Below are positions 13,201-24,368 of a stretch of 64,000 nt of DNA, one piece after another. The translations under genes and the position numbers were made by a program. Numbering within the stretch: the first letter of the stretch is position 1; the number at the start of each line of letters is the position of its first letter. The notes beneath the pieces are model-generated. The model saw nothing but the letters and a program-made list of their open reading frames with translations, ran no database searches and was not told the DNA's origin. Source of the stretch: Alloascoidea hylecoeti (Eukaryota); assembly GCA_001600815.1 (NCBI GenBank), contig BCKZ01000023.1, positions 62,001-126,000 on the forward strand, in the 5' to 3' direction.

Positions 13201-15202
13201 TGGTATCAAACCACAAGAATATTATTTCCATTGTATGGCTGGAAGGGAGGGTCTTATTGATACTGCTGTTAAAACTTCAAGATCTGGATACTTGCAAAGA
13301 TGTTTGATTAAACAATTGGAAGGTGTTCAAGTCACTTATGATAATACTGTTCGTGATAGTGATGGCTCTTTAATTCAGTTCTTATATGGTGGTGATGCCA
13401 TTGATGTTACAAAAGAATCTCATTTGGAACAATTTAAATTTTGTGCTCAAAATTATGAGTCTTTATTAAAGAAATATAAACCTGAAGAAAGTATTCCACA
13501 TTTAGATACTGAGAAAGCGATGAAATATGCCAAAAAAATCAAAAAATATATTAAACATCATAAATCAGATCATCATTATGAAGAAACTGGTGAATTAGCA
13601 CCTACTTTATCTTTATATAATCCTGCGAAATATTTAGGTAGTGTTTCTGAAAGATTCCAACTTGATTTAGATAATTTTTTGAAAACTTCTAGTGACTTAT
13701 TTGGCAAGAAAAAGGATAAAAAACATCATAAAAATGGCAGCACCAATAGCTTAACAGATAAGAAATTTAAAGCATTAATGGAACTTAAATATATGCAATC
13801 TCTAATTCAACCAGGTGAAGCTGTTGGTATCATTGCTGCTCAATCAATTGGTGAACCATCCACACAAATGACTCTTAATACTTTCCATTTTGCCGGTCAT
13901 GGTGCTGCTAATGTTACCCTTGGTATTCCTCGTATGAGAGAAATTATTATGACTGCAAGTGATCATATTGCAACCCCACAAATGACATTACCAATTCAAT
14001 CGGATGTTAGTGATGAACAAGCTACTAATTTTGCCAAAAGTGTTGCTCGTATTAAACTTTCAGAATTGGTTGATAAGGTTACAGTTGTTGAAAGTGCAAG
14101 TACTGATGCTAGATGTTATTCGATTCATTTACAATTTTTTGAGAAAAAAGAGTATGAAGAAGAATATGACATTTCACAGAACCAATTACTAAAAGTTATT
14201 AAAGGTAGATTTATATCATATCTTGAAGATAAAATTTCAAAAGAGGTGAAAAGGCAAAATAAGGACACAGTGGAAATTGGAAAAGCGACTAGAGTGGTTA
14301 ACGATTACAGTGGTCCATCAATTGAAGAAGATGACAGTGATCGTCAAGTAAAAGGAAGAGGTAAAGACTTTGATGAGCCAGATGATGATGAAGAGCTTAT
14401 TGCTGGTGAAAGCACATCTGAGGATGAAGCTAATAATGATGACGATTCCGACACTGAATCTGAATCTGATTCTGATTCTGACTCCGAAATGGAAACCGAA
14501 ACCACCACAACGACAATAAGCAAAAAGTCTGACAAAGTTGCTCGTGATATTGAACAAGCAGTTATCACTGAAAATTCATATGTAAGTAAATTTGGATTTG
14601 ATTATGAAGCTGGTCAATGGAGTGACCTTACACTTGAATTAAGTGGCAACACGAAAAAATTGCTCATGGTTAATATCATCGAGGATGTTTGTAGACAGGT
14701 TGTTGTTCGTGAAATACCTAAAATTGGACGATGTTTATATCCTGATAAGAAAAAGAGAGAATTGGTTACTGAAGGTGTCAATTTCAAGGATATGTGGACC
14801 CAAGATGAATTTATTGATGTTAATTCAATCACTTCTAATGATGTTGCGGCAGTTCTAAAAACATATGGTGTCGAAGCAGCTAGAAATACTATTGTTAGGG
14901 AGATTAATAACGTTTTCGGAACATATGGTATTGTTGTTAATATGAGACATTTAGATTTAATTGGTGATATGATGACTAGAGTAGGAGGTTATACACCTTT
15001 TAGTCGTCAAGGTGTTAATATTTCTACTTCTCCATTTATGAAAATGAGTTTTGAAACAACTTGTAAATTTTTAACAGATGCTGTATTAGATGGTGACAGA
15101 GATGATTTAGAATCTCCAAGCTCTAAAGTTATCATTGGGAAAGTTGCTGACATTGGAACGGGTGTATTTGATGTCTTAGCGAAAATGCCAGTAGTCAACT
15201 GA
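10262..15202 (+). CDS. RPA190: RNA polymerase I largest subunit
   Basis: MDIAKPVG N-terminus, CPGHMGH zinc site, catalytic NADFDGDEMN, TQMTLNTFHFAG trigger loop, acidic Pol I expander insertion. Confidence 0.98.
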   Translation: MDIAKPVGTSITSVDFSFLSSSDIRKLSATQVISTGSFNTLGHPVVGGLYDLSMGAFFKYICNTCGLNKDQCPGHMGHMELPAPVYNPMFFPQMYLLLRSTCLFCHQFKLSASEVHRFSCKLSLLQYGLVVEANQIDDFDTVLIKNEDGHEPVTETKTKTKGKKTKDDHNEELEREELENLKKIRNDFVKKSIENAFNDGRCSRNDENGGAIFTSNIHEERKKTIKEFYRSLVLRNKCDNCKMFSPKFRKDGYTKIFEISLTDKQSSHNRVIGLKRADVLKHANNNTTTTENVSVNQNAKTGSIYMLSEQVQEHLKLLFSNESEILTLIYKSRPNSKEKIDAEMFFIKALVVPSNRFRAPTQVGDSINDHFQNELLVKILTTSQRIKYLNDKMGELRLQKNLHDQRKAIFTQLMNSCVTIQDDVNAFLDSTKNRNEKERMPPPGIKQALEKKEGLFRMNMMGKRVNYAARSVISPDPMIETNEVGIPPVFAVKLTYPEPVTPHNVQELRQAVINGPNIWPGATQVQTEDGRLTYLETLSVDERTALANQLLTPSDGLGPTGIINKKVYRHIRNNDIVIMNRQPSLHKASMMCHKVRVLPREKTLRLHYANTNAYNADFDGDEMNMHFPQDENARAEAMFVANTDSQYLTPTSGKPLRGLIQDHISAGVLLTGKDSFFTREQYQQLIYGSIRPEDGHSTNKRIITVPPAIWKPIPLWTGKQIISTVLINIKPVDRPGLNLFSKNKIRDTYWSEISSEEDKVIFRNGELVTGILDKSQYGASEYGLVHSIHEIYGPHIAGQSLSILGRLFTKYIQSAGFTCGMDDLWLTKDGDIARREILKKSLDAGRIAAANVTNLDPKTTKDDDRELKNRLEEILRDNAKSGVLDAISQSAVNSISSEVVSACIPGGTEKRFPKNAMQSMALSGAKGSNVNVSQIMCLLGQQALEGRRVPVMVSGKTLPSFKPYETDARAGGYIKGRFFSGIKPQEYYFHCMAGREGLIDTAVKTSRSGYLQRCLIKQLEGVQVTYDNTVRDSDGSLIQFLYGGDAIDVTKESHLEQFKFCAQNYESLLKKYKPEESIPHLDTEKAMKYAKKIKKYIKHHKSDHHYEETGELAPTLSLYNPAKYLGSVSERFQLDLDNFLKTSSDLFGKKKDKKHHKNGSTNSLTDKKFKALMELKYMQSLIQPGEAVGIIAAQSIGEPSTQMTLNTFHFAGHGAANVTLGIPRMREIIMTASDHIATPQMTLPIQSDVSDEQATNFAKSVARIKLSELVDKVTVVESASTDARCYSIHLQFFEKKEYEEEYDISQNQLLKVIKGRFISYLEDKISKEVKRQNKDTVEIGKATRVVNDYSGPSIEEDDSDRQVKGRGKDFDEPDDDEELIAGESTSEDEANNDDDSDTESESDSDSDSEMETETTTTTISKKSDKVARDIEQAVITENSYVSKFGFDYEAGQWSDLTLELSGNTKKLLMVNIIEDVCRQVVVREIPKIGRCLYPDKKKRELVTEGVNFKDMWTQDEFIDVNSITSNDVAAVLKTYGVEAARNTIVREINNVFGTYGIVVNMRHLDLIGDMMTRVGGYTPFSRQGVNISTSPFMKMSFETTCKFLTDAVLDGDRDDLESPSSKVIIGKVADIGTGVFDVLAKMPVVN

Positions 15203-15663
15203 GATAATTTTGACTTGAGTATATATTTGAAGTAATTTTAAATAAGTATTAATAAGCAGTATAATTTGTATAAAATAAAATTTAAAAAGCATTTATTAAT
15301 TCTTACACAGTCTATACAATCTTGTGTAAATATACCACTCCTCAATTGGTATTACATATAAGCTTATACCCCCACTAAAAAATTGAAAACTGTGAACACA
15401 TTCAACACAACCTAATTTAGTTGCAGCTGATATGATTAAATGATCTATAAGACTTATATATCGTACAGCATATGTATAGCATGAATCTCAATGTTATAAT
15501 AATATAATTATAAAATATATAAAGGAATATAGCAAATTCTTAACATAATGTATATTTAATAATGTAAATAAAAAAAAAAAATATGAAAAATATGAAAAAA
15601 AAAAAAATAAACATAGAAAAATGCTTATAATTACACTTAACAATTTATCTATAATTTTATGAA

Positions 15664-17514
15664 TCATGCTCTAGATATATCAATAGTAGTCTCTACTTTT
15701 ATAAAATCGCTAACTTCCAAGGAACCCCTTGAATCATTAGTTGTTCCTAATGATCCACTCAAAATAGTAACATCATTAATATTTTGTTTATCATAATTAC
15801 TATTATTATTTTCATCATTATTTGAAGTCTTATTATTAATCATTATATTAATTAATACTTTTCTTGCTAAATTTCTAACCTGTACTTCATCTTCATCATT
15901 CCCCATCATTTGAATTTTAACACAAGCAATATAAAGACCATAATGGATTTGTGAAAATTTAATTGATTGTATATCTAAAATTCTTGGATCTTGCTGTAAT
16001 TCTTTAACAACTTGTTTTGTTAAATCAATACCTGTAAAACCAAGTAATAAAACATTACCTAAAGATCTTGCAATTCTATAACCAGTATAAATCATTGTTA
16101 TTGAAATTATTGGAGTTGTAAGGAAATCAAGATATGATTGGACAATTTGGGATGTAAAAGGATAACAAAATAAAGATAAAGATAATAAAATTGTAATTAT
16201 ATGTGATGGATTTCCTTTAAAAACTGATATGAATGAAAATTTAAAAGATGGGAACCAACTTTTTGAAGTTATTGTTGAAGTTGTATCATTTATATTTCTT
16301 TTTATAAATGCTTTACCAATTTTTTCAAATCTTGATAAACCTCTTGTTGATAAAAAACTTATAATTACACCAAATATTATTAAAAATTCAGTATAAATCC
16401 AAACAGCATTTTTAATTGTAACAGGTTCATCAGAATGAATCGTTCCATGAGGATGAGATTCATGTAAATCAGTTGCATCATTATTATTATACATAATCCA
16501 AGATTGTTTAAATATAGTTTCAAATAATTCTTCAACTATGTGAGAAGATAAATCACCGCCCATATATAATAAAGAAACTGCAAAAGCAAAGCCGACTAAA
16601 ACATCAATTCTTTCTAAACCAAAAGGATGTTTTATGCTGCTTTTTTTCCAAACTTCGAAATTAGCCAAAATATCAACACAAACAATTATAAAATTACTTA
16701 TTGAATCGTAAAATATTAGATGTGCTAAAGAAGAAATTGCGGAGGAACCAGTATTTGAAGTATAAATCAAGCAAGATATAAACAAGTGTAATAGACACAA
16801 TGAAACACGAGATTTTTGAGCAAAAGACATGCTATTTAAACAATCTTTATAATTGGGGATTGGAAGAGACGCTGGAATTGGTAACGGAGCTCTTGTTGGA
16901 GGTTCCTCAAACAGACTTAAGGACACAGAGGAATGTTTGTAATGATGGCCTCTTCTCCTATTTGGCTTCTGAAGAGGGCCTCTAGAAGACATTGAGACCG
17001 GCTGGTAATTGAAGGGCTGGAATGGCGAGGGAGAGCTCATTCTTGATGGAGAAACGCTGACTCTGTTGGATCTGGCGGGGCTCATACTGCTTTTGATGGG
17101 GGAGCCCGCACGGATCGGGGACGAGGGCCGTCCTAGACGGGTGGTTGGGGTGGTCGCTCTCGTTGGCGTTCTCGACGGCGGAGGCATCTGGAGATTTCTG
17201 GTGAGGGAGACCGGACTTAACAGAGGAGAACCCGGTGTGAGGGCTGAGTTTGGAGACATTACAGAGGAGTGTTCGGGTGGCTGGGGAGAAGGGGTGTCGT
17301 TAAACAAAAGGGAACGTCTGTGACTACTGGGTGGACCCGTGGGGCCAAACCTCCTACTATGGCTATGGCTGTACCTATGAGTATAGTTACGACCGGGGGC
17401 GGCCGCCAGAACAGGTTCCATCTGCGACTCCATGAGATACGATTTGGAAGAAGAAGAGGGCAATTTGGAAGACATAATTAGTACCTGCAGATCCGACATG
17501 CAAACAGAATACAT
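15664..17514 (-). CDS. ZRG17: ER zinc transporter Zrg17 (CDF family); true start may be a downstream ATG
   Basis: Ser/Pro-rich N-terminus, RRGHHYKHSSVS motif, FEVWKKSSIKHPFGLERIDVL, multiple TM helices, His-rich loop. Confidence 0.85.
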   Translation of the reverse strand: MYSVCMSDLQVLIMSSKLPSSSSKSYLMESQMEPVLAAAPGRNYTHRYSHSHSRRFGPTGPPSSHRRSLLFNDTPSPQPPEHSSVMSPNSALTPGSPLLSPVSLTRNLQMPPPSRTPTRATTPTTRLGRPSSPIRAGSPIKSSMSPARSNRVSVSPSRMSSPSPFQPFNYQPVSMSSRGPLQKPNRRRGHHYKHSSVSLSLFEEPPTRAPLPIPASLPIPNYKDCLNSMSFAQKSRVSLCLLHLFISCLIYTSNTGSSAISSLAHLIFYDSISNFIIVCVDILANFEVWKKSSIKHPFGLERIDVLVGFAFAVSLLYMGGDLSSHIVEELFETIFKQSWIMYNNNDATDLHESHPHGTIHSDEPVTIKNAVWIYTEFLIIFGVIISFLSTRGLSRFEKIGKAFIKRNINDTTSTITSKSWFPSFKFSFISVFKGNPSHIITILLSLSLFCYPFTSQIVQSYLDFLTTPIISITMIYTGYRIARSLGNVLLLGFTGIDLTKQVVKELQQDPRILDIQSIKFSQIHYGLYIACVKIQMMGNDEDEVQVRNLARKVLINIMINNKTSNNDENNNSNYDKQNINDVTILSGSLGTTNDSRGSLEVSDFIKVETTIDISRA

Positions 17515-17556
17515 TTATTTCTATTAATACCTGTCACATTTAAATTTAATTTCTAG

Positions 17557-20500
17557 TTAGTTATATAGAACGAGTGGCTTCCCTTTGGTGATGACAGTTG
17601 GGGCAGCACCCGCAACGGCATCCTCATACTTCAATCCTACTAACCCCCGAGGAACTTCACTGGCCCCTGCTGGTGCCGGTTTCACGCGCTTGTCATCATT
17701 TATGTCGTAAACATATTGCGGTTGCGATTGTTGGGAACTTCTCATCCGATATGATTCTGGAAAATGGACTCTGGGCTCTTCCTGCTCTTCCTGCTCTTCC
17801 GATTCCTCATCATCTTTATTCTTACCGTTAGCATTGATATCGGTTGCCTTATCTTTACCGCTAACATTGCGATCAATTCTATCTGCTACAATTTCACGAT
17901 CATTTTGCCCCAAATCATTTTTACCAATACTTTTCGATTTTGAATGTCTTTTGAAAATTCCAACGATTTTCTCTTTAGTGGATTTTCTCTTGTGTCCTTT
18001 TCTAATTTTTAAAGCTTCTCCTTTGACAATAACATGAGAATCATTTAAATTAACTTTTCTGACCTCACTCCATTCAGGTTCCGAATTTGTCATAGTTTTG
18101 GGTAGATTTAAAAGAGTATTTCGTCTTTTACTGCCTGATCTATTTTTTGTCATCGTAGCGCCCGAATCACATTCAGGCATAGAACTTGCTTTTTTCACTG
18201 ATCTACTTCCCCATCCTCCGAAAATACTGCTACTACTACTCCTACTCCTACTCCTCCTGTTCTTTTCTCGACTTGATTTTGATCGTATTAGATTCTTTAA
18301 ATCATGATGTGTGAGACCTGCCTCTTGTGCACTAATAGATTCAACCACATAAAATTCATTGTTTTTCAATTCTCCATTACCTGTTGCTGTATGTATTAAT
18401 TTCCTATCCAATGAATCATTTCCTCCAACATTAACCGTTCTAATTTCTCCAACTACTGCTCTCAAATCATCAACAACTTTAACTGGGCTATTAATTGATT
18501 CAGAAGTACCTTTGTTGAAATCAGGCCCAATACTAACAATTGATGACATTCTTGATTTCCAACTGTTTTCCGTAGTTGGTTTTTTAAAATATTCTGTTAT
18601 AGGCGATGAAGGTTGAGATTGAAAATTCCAATTTGGATCATGTGGATCAACACCTGAATGAGCTCTAACTCTTGTTGGTGATTGTGGTTGTATTTGATTC
18701 TCCTTAGGATTATGCATCTTTTTCGGGAAAAAATCAGGATTGATGTCTGGTAAAGGAGTTCCTAGATTGTTTATTGATATTGATTTTAATCCTGGATTAG
18801 ATTGTGGATTTGAATCATTATTTATATTATTGGATACCCTAGATGTATTAATATTTCCTTTAACATCACCACCATCATCAATTCTATTAATTCCATTGAA
18901 ATTTTCATCTTGGATTTGTCTTGTACCATGATGATCATCTTCAGAAATTTGATCTGTTGTAGGATTCACATTTTCATATTGACTTTCAGGAATAGGTTGC
19001 AAATAATCAACATTTAAGTTTGGATTTGAATGTTTCCTTTGTTCAATGATATATTCATTGTCTCCATTATTGTTATACATATATTGAATGGGTTGATAAT
19101 TGTTAGTACCATGATCAAATGACCTTTCTAGATTATTATTATAATCATCTTCTGCTCCAGTTTCCAGTTCCTGATTTGTATAATTGGGTGAATCTTCATT
19201 AAGATTATTTATAATAATACCATCCCTATGATTATTAAAATCTTGCAGTGTATTGGGGTTGAAATTATTTGATGATTTCGGGGGAATATGTAAAGGCTCA
19301 GTATTTATACTAGAACTTGATGGAGAAGGGAGCATTTGTTGAGGAATTTCTTGTTCTGTATTATCAATTCCATTCATATTTTCATCAATTTGATTATCAA
19401 CTGTCTTGTTTTTGGAGTTACTAAAGTTTTCATCTGAAACATTATGATTAATACAATCATCAGTGTTTCCACTAGTTTTAGAATCAATTACATCTGGAGC
19501 TATTTCATCAATTTCTTTCGATTTTGGCCCATTTTCTAATAAATCTCTGAATGATTTTGATTTAAATTCAACTCTTTCTTCTTGTTCTTCTAGATCTTCC
19601 ATATCTTGTTGTATTTCCGCCTCCAAACTTTCCCAAACATTTGTTGATTGATAACCATGTTCATCGTCATAACGATCTGGATGTTTTTCATCATAATGAT
19701 CTGGATGTTTATATGAATCATCTGAAATTTCACTACAAACATTTGAAAACCCAGGTTCTAACATTGAAGTTGAATCTTCTTGTCCAAATTTTAAACTTTT
19801 GCCTTTTCTTTGATCAAATTTATCATCAGAGTCATTTGTATTATTATTGGTAGTAATATATGTATTATTGGTACTTAAACTAGTGTTACCATCTGATGGA
19901 TTTAAAAAATTATTATCCATTATAGTTATAGGTTTTGAATTTGATTCTAATTCTGAATCTGATTCAACTGATATTTGTATAGGTTCATCGTTTTCATTAT
20001 TATCTTCCTTTGGGTCCATTGGTGCTGTAGTTGTATTAGATGATATACCAGGGATTAACATTCCTGCTATCCCAGCAGCAAATTGTAATATTCCAGATGA
20101 TTTACGTCTACCAGTGGTCTGTGTATTATCATTATTCAATTTAGAGCTCTGTTCTGGTGACGGTATACCATTTATTTGACTTTCAAATGAAGGATCAATT
20201 GTATTTGTTTCTTTTTGATTTATTCCATGTGCATGATTACTTTCTTTAACATCTCTTGAGTTTAAAATATTTTCCGGGAATGATGTTTGACTCGGAGAAC
20301 TGGGGTGTCTTGCTCTAGTATTACTTAATGTGCCCAAATTTGAACCTTTTAGTGGTATATCCAAATAACAGTCACAGTTAAAGTCATTTCTATTTTCATT
20401 ATTAGAACTCTTTGGTAGAGATGAATTTTGAAAAGAATCAGATGAAGAATTATGTAAATTATTTTGATAAGTTTTTAATGAATTATTTTGCTCCAAAATT

Positions 20501-23404
20501 GATTGATCATTGTTTATCATTTGTGATGTATTTATATTTTGAACATTTGCTTTTGAATTGTTACTAATTTCTCTAGTGATAACATTTTTAGTTCTATCTT
20601 CAATTACATCTCTAGAAATATAATCATCACTATTAAATGTGTTTGATGTATCCTCATTATCTAAATTACTTGAATGAATATCGAGTTCTAAACCATAATC
20701 ACTACGCTGAAGTATTCCAGTTGTAGATGCATTTGTAAAATTATCTTCATAATCAACATCGTTCTTATATCTAGAAATATCTTTAGAATCAAAATGTGTG
20801 TCATAGATAGATTTCTCACTAGCATATTCGATATCATTTGTAATAGAGTATTCTTCGTTATAACTACAATTTAAAGCACGATATAAATTCCATTCTTGTG
20901 CCTTTCTTTGAAGAATATTACTGCTTCCATCAAATTCAAAATTAACATCATCTTTAACATCTGGGAATTGATCTCCAAGTTTTCCTGCTCCTGTATTACT
21001 TTGTATGGATTCTGAATATTGAGAAGATGCGGAAACAACTGTATGGATAATATGTTCTGGTTGATAATTATTAACAAACGGGATATTTTCAATATTAGTT
21101 GGAGTTACGGGTTCATCATCCAGTGAATTGGCATAAATATTGTAATCGTAGTCGACATCCTTATTTTCAGTTACAGGGTTATTATCATTACCATAAACAT
21201 ATCTTGCTTCTTCAGATTCATCTTTAGCAAATGGTTTTTTCAAACTCTCATGATTGTGATTATTATTCAAAGAAATTTCCTTGGATTTCATATCATTTTC
21301 ACTAGAAAAACCATCCTCAGATCTAGGTATGGCATTACCAGTAAAATAACCCGTTTTCATGTTGTATTGCAATTGCAGTTGAGAACTATCATAATGATCA
21401 TACTTATTCCCTAGTATAATATTTTTGTTACTACTAACCATGATAGAATCATGATTCATTGTGTTTCCATCTCTGTTTGTATCAGTTTGCCTGATGTCTC
21501 CAATTATTGAAGTTTTATCCAGACGATTATCATCACTCGTTTTAGACGTAACATCGTGAAGGCGAATTTTTACATCATCAGCTGTATCATCTTGTTCAGA
21601 TTCCAAAGTATCATTTTGATATAACACATTTGATAGACGTCTCTTTTGAGGTGTATTTCCATCTATGTTTGTATCAATTTGTGTATCATTTTGTTCAGAT
21701 TCCAAAGTATCATTTTGATATAACACATTTGATGGACGTCTCTTTTGAGGTGTATTTCCATCTATGTTTGTATCAATTTGTGTAACATCTTCAATTATTG
21801 AACTTTTATCTAGATAATTATCACCATTATCTTCAGTGGTAATATCGTGAAGACGAATTTTTACATCGGTTGTGTCGACTTGTTCAGATTCCAAAGTATC
21901 ATCTTGATTTAACACATTTGACGGATGGCCCTGTTGAGTTCCATCTTTGTTTGTTTCATTTTGTTCAATCAAACTTATATCTAAACAATTGTCATTGTTA
22001 TTTTCAGTAGTGATACCATGAAGACGAATTTTTACATCATCAGCTCTTACAACTTGTTCTGATTCTAAAATATCTTTTTCATTTAACTCTTTTGATAAAT
22101 GACTCTGCTTGTATTCAGATAAACTAATATTAGTTGAAGGTTGAACATTTTCTTCCTGATCATCAATAGCTCTATATATAACACTGCTTTCTAGATCCTT
22201 TTCCTTATATTGCAATTTTATTTCTCCTGAGTTGTTGTTGGTATTAATATTACGATTAGTCTGCAACTGGTTAGTGTCGTAATGATTTTTACTATAGCGT
22301 CTTGGATGGAATCTTCCTGAGTCTTTCTCATTAAATTGATCCTTTTGACTTGGATATTGGGAAATTGCTATAACCTCTTGATTTTCAGAGTGTATGTTCT
22401 CTCCCAGAAATTTACTGTCAGTATTAAATATAGTTGAGCCATAAATTTCTTTTTCACGGTTGATGTTAGGTTCATAATATGCTGCACCTTTCAACTGTAG
22501 CTGGCCTTTGTTCACACTAGGCTCACTTGATCCCAGATTTGAAACTGTGGAACTTGACTCAAAATTAGCGCTTCCCTCTTTTCGACTATAAGAAGTATTA
22601 GAAAATTCTTTTTCTGTATAGCGGAATTGTGAAGAATCAGTATATCCCCTAGTTATATTGGCATTGGTGAATTGTGAATATTCCACTTGACCTTTCCCGG
22701 CATCAATATTTTCTTTATTACGAAGTTCTGAGTTCAGGGAAGGTAAACCAGTTTCTTGTAATTGCAAGTGATCATCATTATCATGATAAGTTATAGGTTC
22801 CTTTGAAAAATCATCATTCTCATTTGAATTCCTATCTCTCGAGTTGCTGTAGATTATTGAATTCCTTCTATAAATCCGTAATTCTTAATATATTTGAAAT
22901 ATTTAAAGATATTAATAGGAAATAAAACTTACAGATTAACATTATTATGATCAATAATTTTTCTGGATGTGTTGGTATATTCTCCAATATCTCTGAAGAG
23001 CTTTAATGTTAGCAATAAGGATTGGCTAAATTAATGAAAATTCCAGAGAAAAGAAAATATACTTACTTTGATAATGTTGTTGCAAAAGGATTATTTGTTT
23101 TAAATAAACTAAAAGTTTGAGTATCCTGGTAAGTAGGTTCACTAGTACTAGTGGACATAGCGCTCTTATATTGTTTCTTTGAATTTGTATTCCTAACTTC
23201 TTGATTAGCAAAGACCAATTTATTGGTAATAGGATCTTTTACTAATATGTCCTCTTGAATACGCCCTGCTTCTTTATGAGATAGTTGTTCATCATAGGAA
23301 ATCTGTTGATCATGAAAATGATTAGTATTAGTTTTATCTTGTGATTGCAACTGCAATTGAAAATCGGTGATTTCATCCACAACCGTTTTGAAAGAATCTT
23401 CCAT
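17557..23404 (-). CDS. Large acidic low-complexity orphan protein; predicted exons 23404-23067, 22992-22933, 22867-17557
   Basis: Open frame of over 5.2 kb lacking its own ATG; two GTAAGT...AG introns (23066-22993 with GCTAAC branch, 22932-22868) join it in frame to the ATG ORF at 23404. Confidence 0.65.
21470..22080 (-). repeat. Intragenic tandem repeats encoding DTLESEQ / DVKIRLH / TQIDTNIDGNTPQKRR units
   Basis: Near-identical ~90-bp blocks at about 21593 and 21692 (99-bp period) plus diverged longer units. Confidence 0.85.
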
Positions 23405-23824
23405 CGATATCGAAAAAAATAGTTTTGGCTTGTAATTAGGAATAAATGAGTAAGGTATATTTATATTAATTACATTTATACTAGTAATTATATGTTGTTT
23501 AGCAAAGCTTCAATGAGACTAGTACTTTGAATTATTATTAATAAAAATGTAAGTAGTTCTTTATAATGTTCATATACCATTGTGTGTTCCAGATTTATCC
23601 TTTGTGTATTAGAAGCAGACATAAGTGTTTAATAATATGATTTATAAGAAATATATATATACATATATGAGATTTCATTGAACTGATATTAATAAGGATA
23701 TATACAAAAGATAATATCAAAGAGTATAAAGCATATTTCTTTTTTCCTAAAAAAAATACAAAAAAAGGCAATTTAAACGAAGAATGGGAATGGGAATTTT
23801 ATGACTATAAACCATTCATTTATC

Positions 23825-24232
23825 TTAAGCTTTATCCTCCTGTTGCTTCCGTAATCGTTCAACTTTTTCTGCAATATACATATTTCGTTCTTTGTCTATG
23901 TTTTCAGTTGAATTATGTGACGTTAAACAATTCATCATAGCCTTATTTTTTTGACCGCAACGGAATCCTACTGTAAGGATATTTCCCTTTGAACACTCGA
24001 CAAAATCTAAGAGTGTGTGTAAAAAGAGGAAATTAGAACAAGTAATACTATAATAAAATGTTCATATTGAACAATTGATAAAAGTAAAATGAAATAGACC
24101 CATACCTTCAACAAATTGTTTACAGACTTCTCTGCTTTTTTTGGTCACTCGATCTATCACTATTTTTTCATCCATGGGTGCTAAGACCCACACAGGCACC
24201 TTTGCTTCATGATGGTGTATATCTTCAGTCAT
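23825..24232 (-). CDS. CMC1: Twin Cx9C cytochrome c oxidase assembly factor Cmc1; exons 24232-24106 and 24006-23825
   Basis: VPVWVLAP motif; GTATGG...TAG intron; spliced product CKQFVEDFVEC...CGQKNKAMMNC gives two Cx9C motifs. Confidence 0.88.
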
Positions 24233-24368
24233 AATAATCGTATTATTAGTAGTTGAAACTTTGATCAAGTGAAATATCAGGAGAGTATATAATTACTACT
24301 CGCTTAGGTAACCATTTTCTATTTCCACAAACACAAACATAAACAATTAAATATGTTAATGATAGGAA

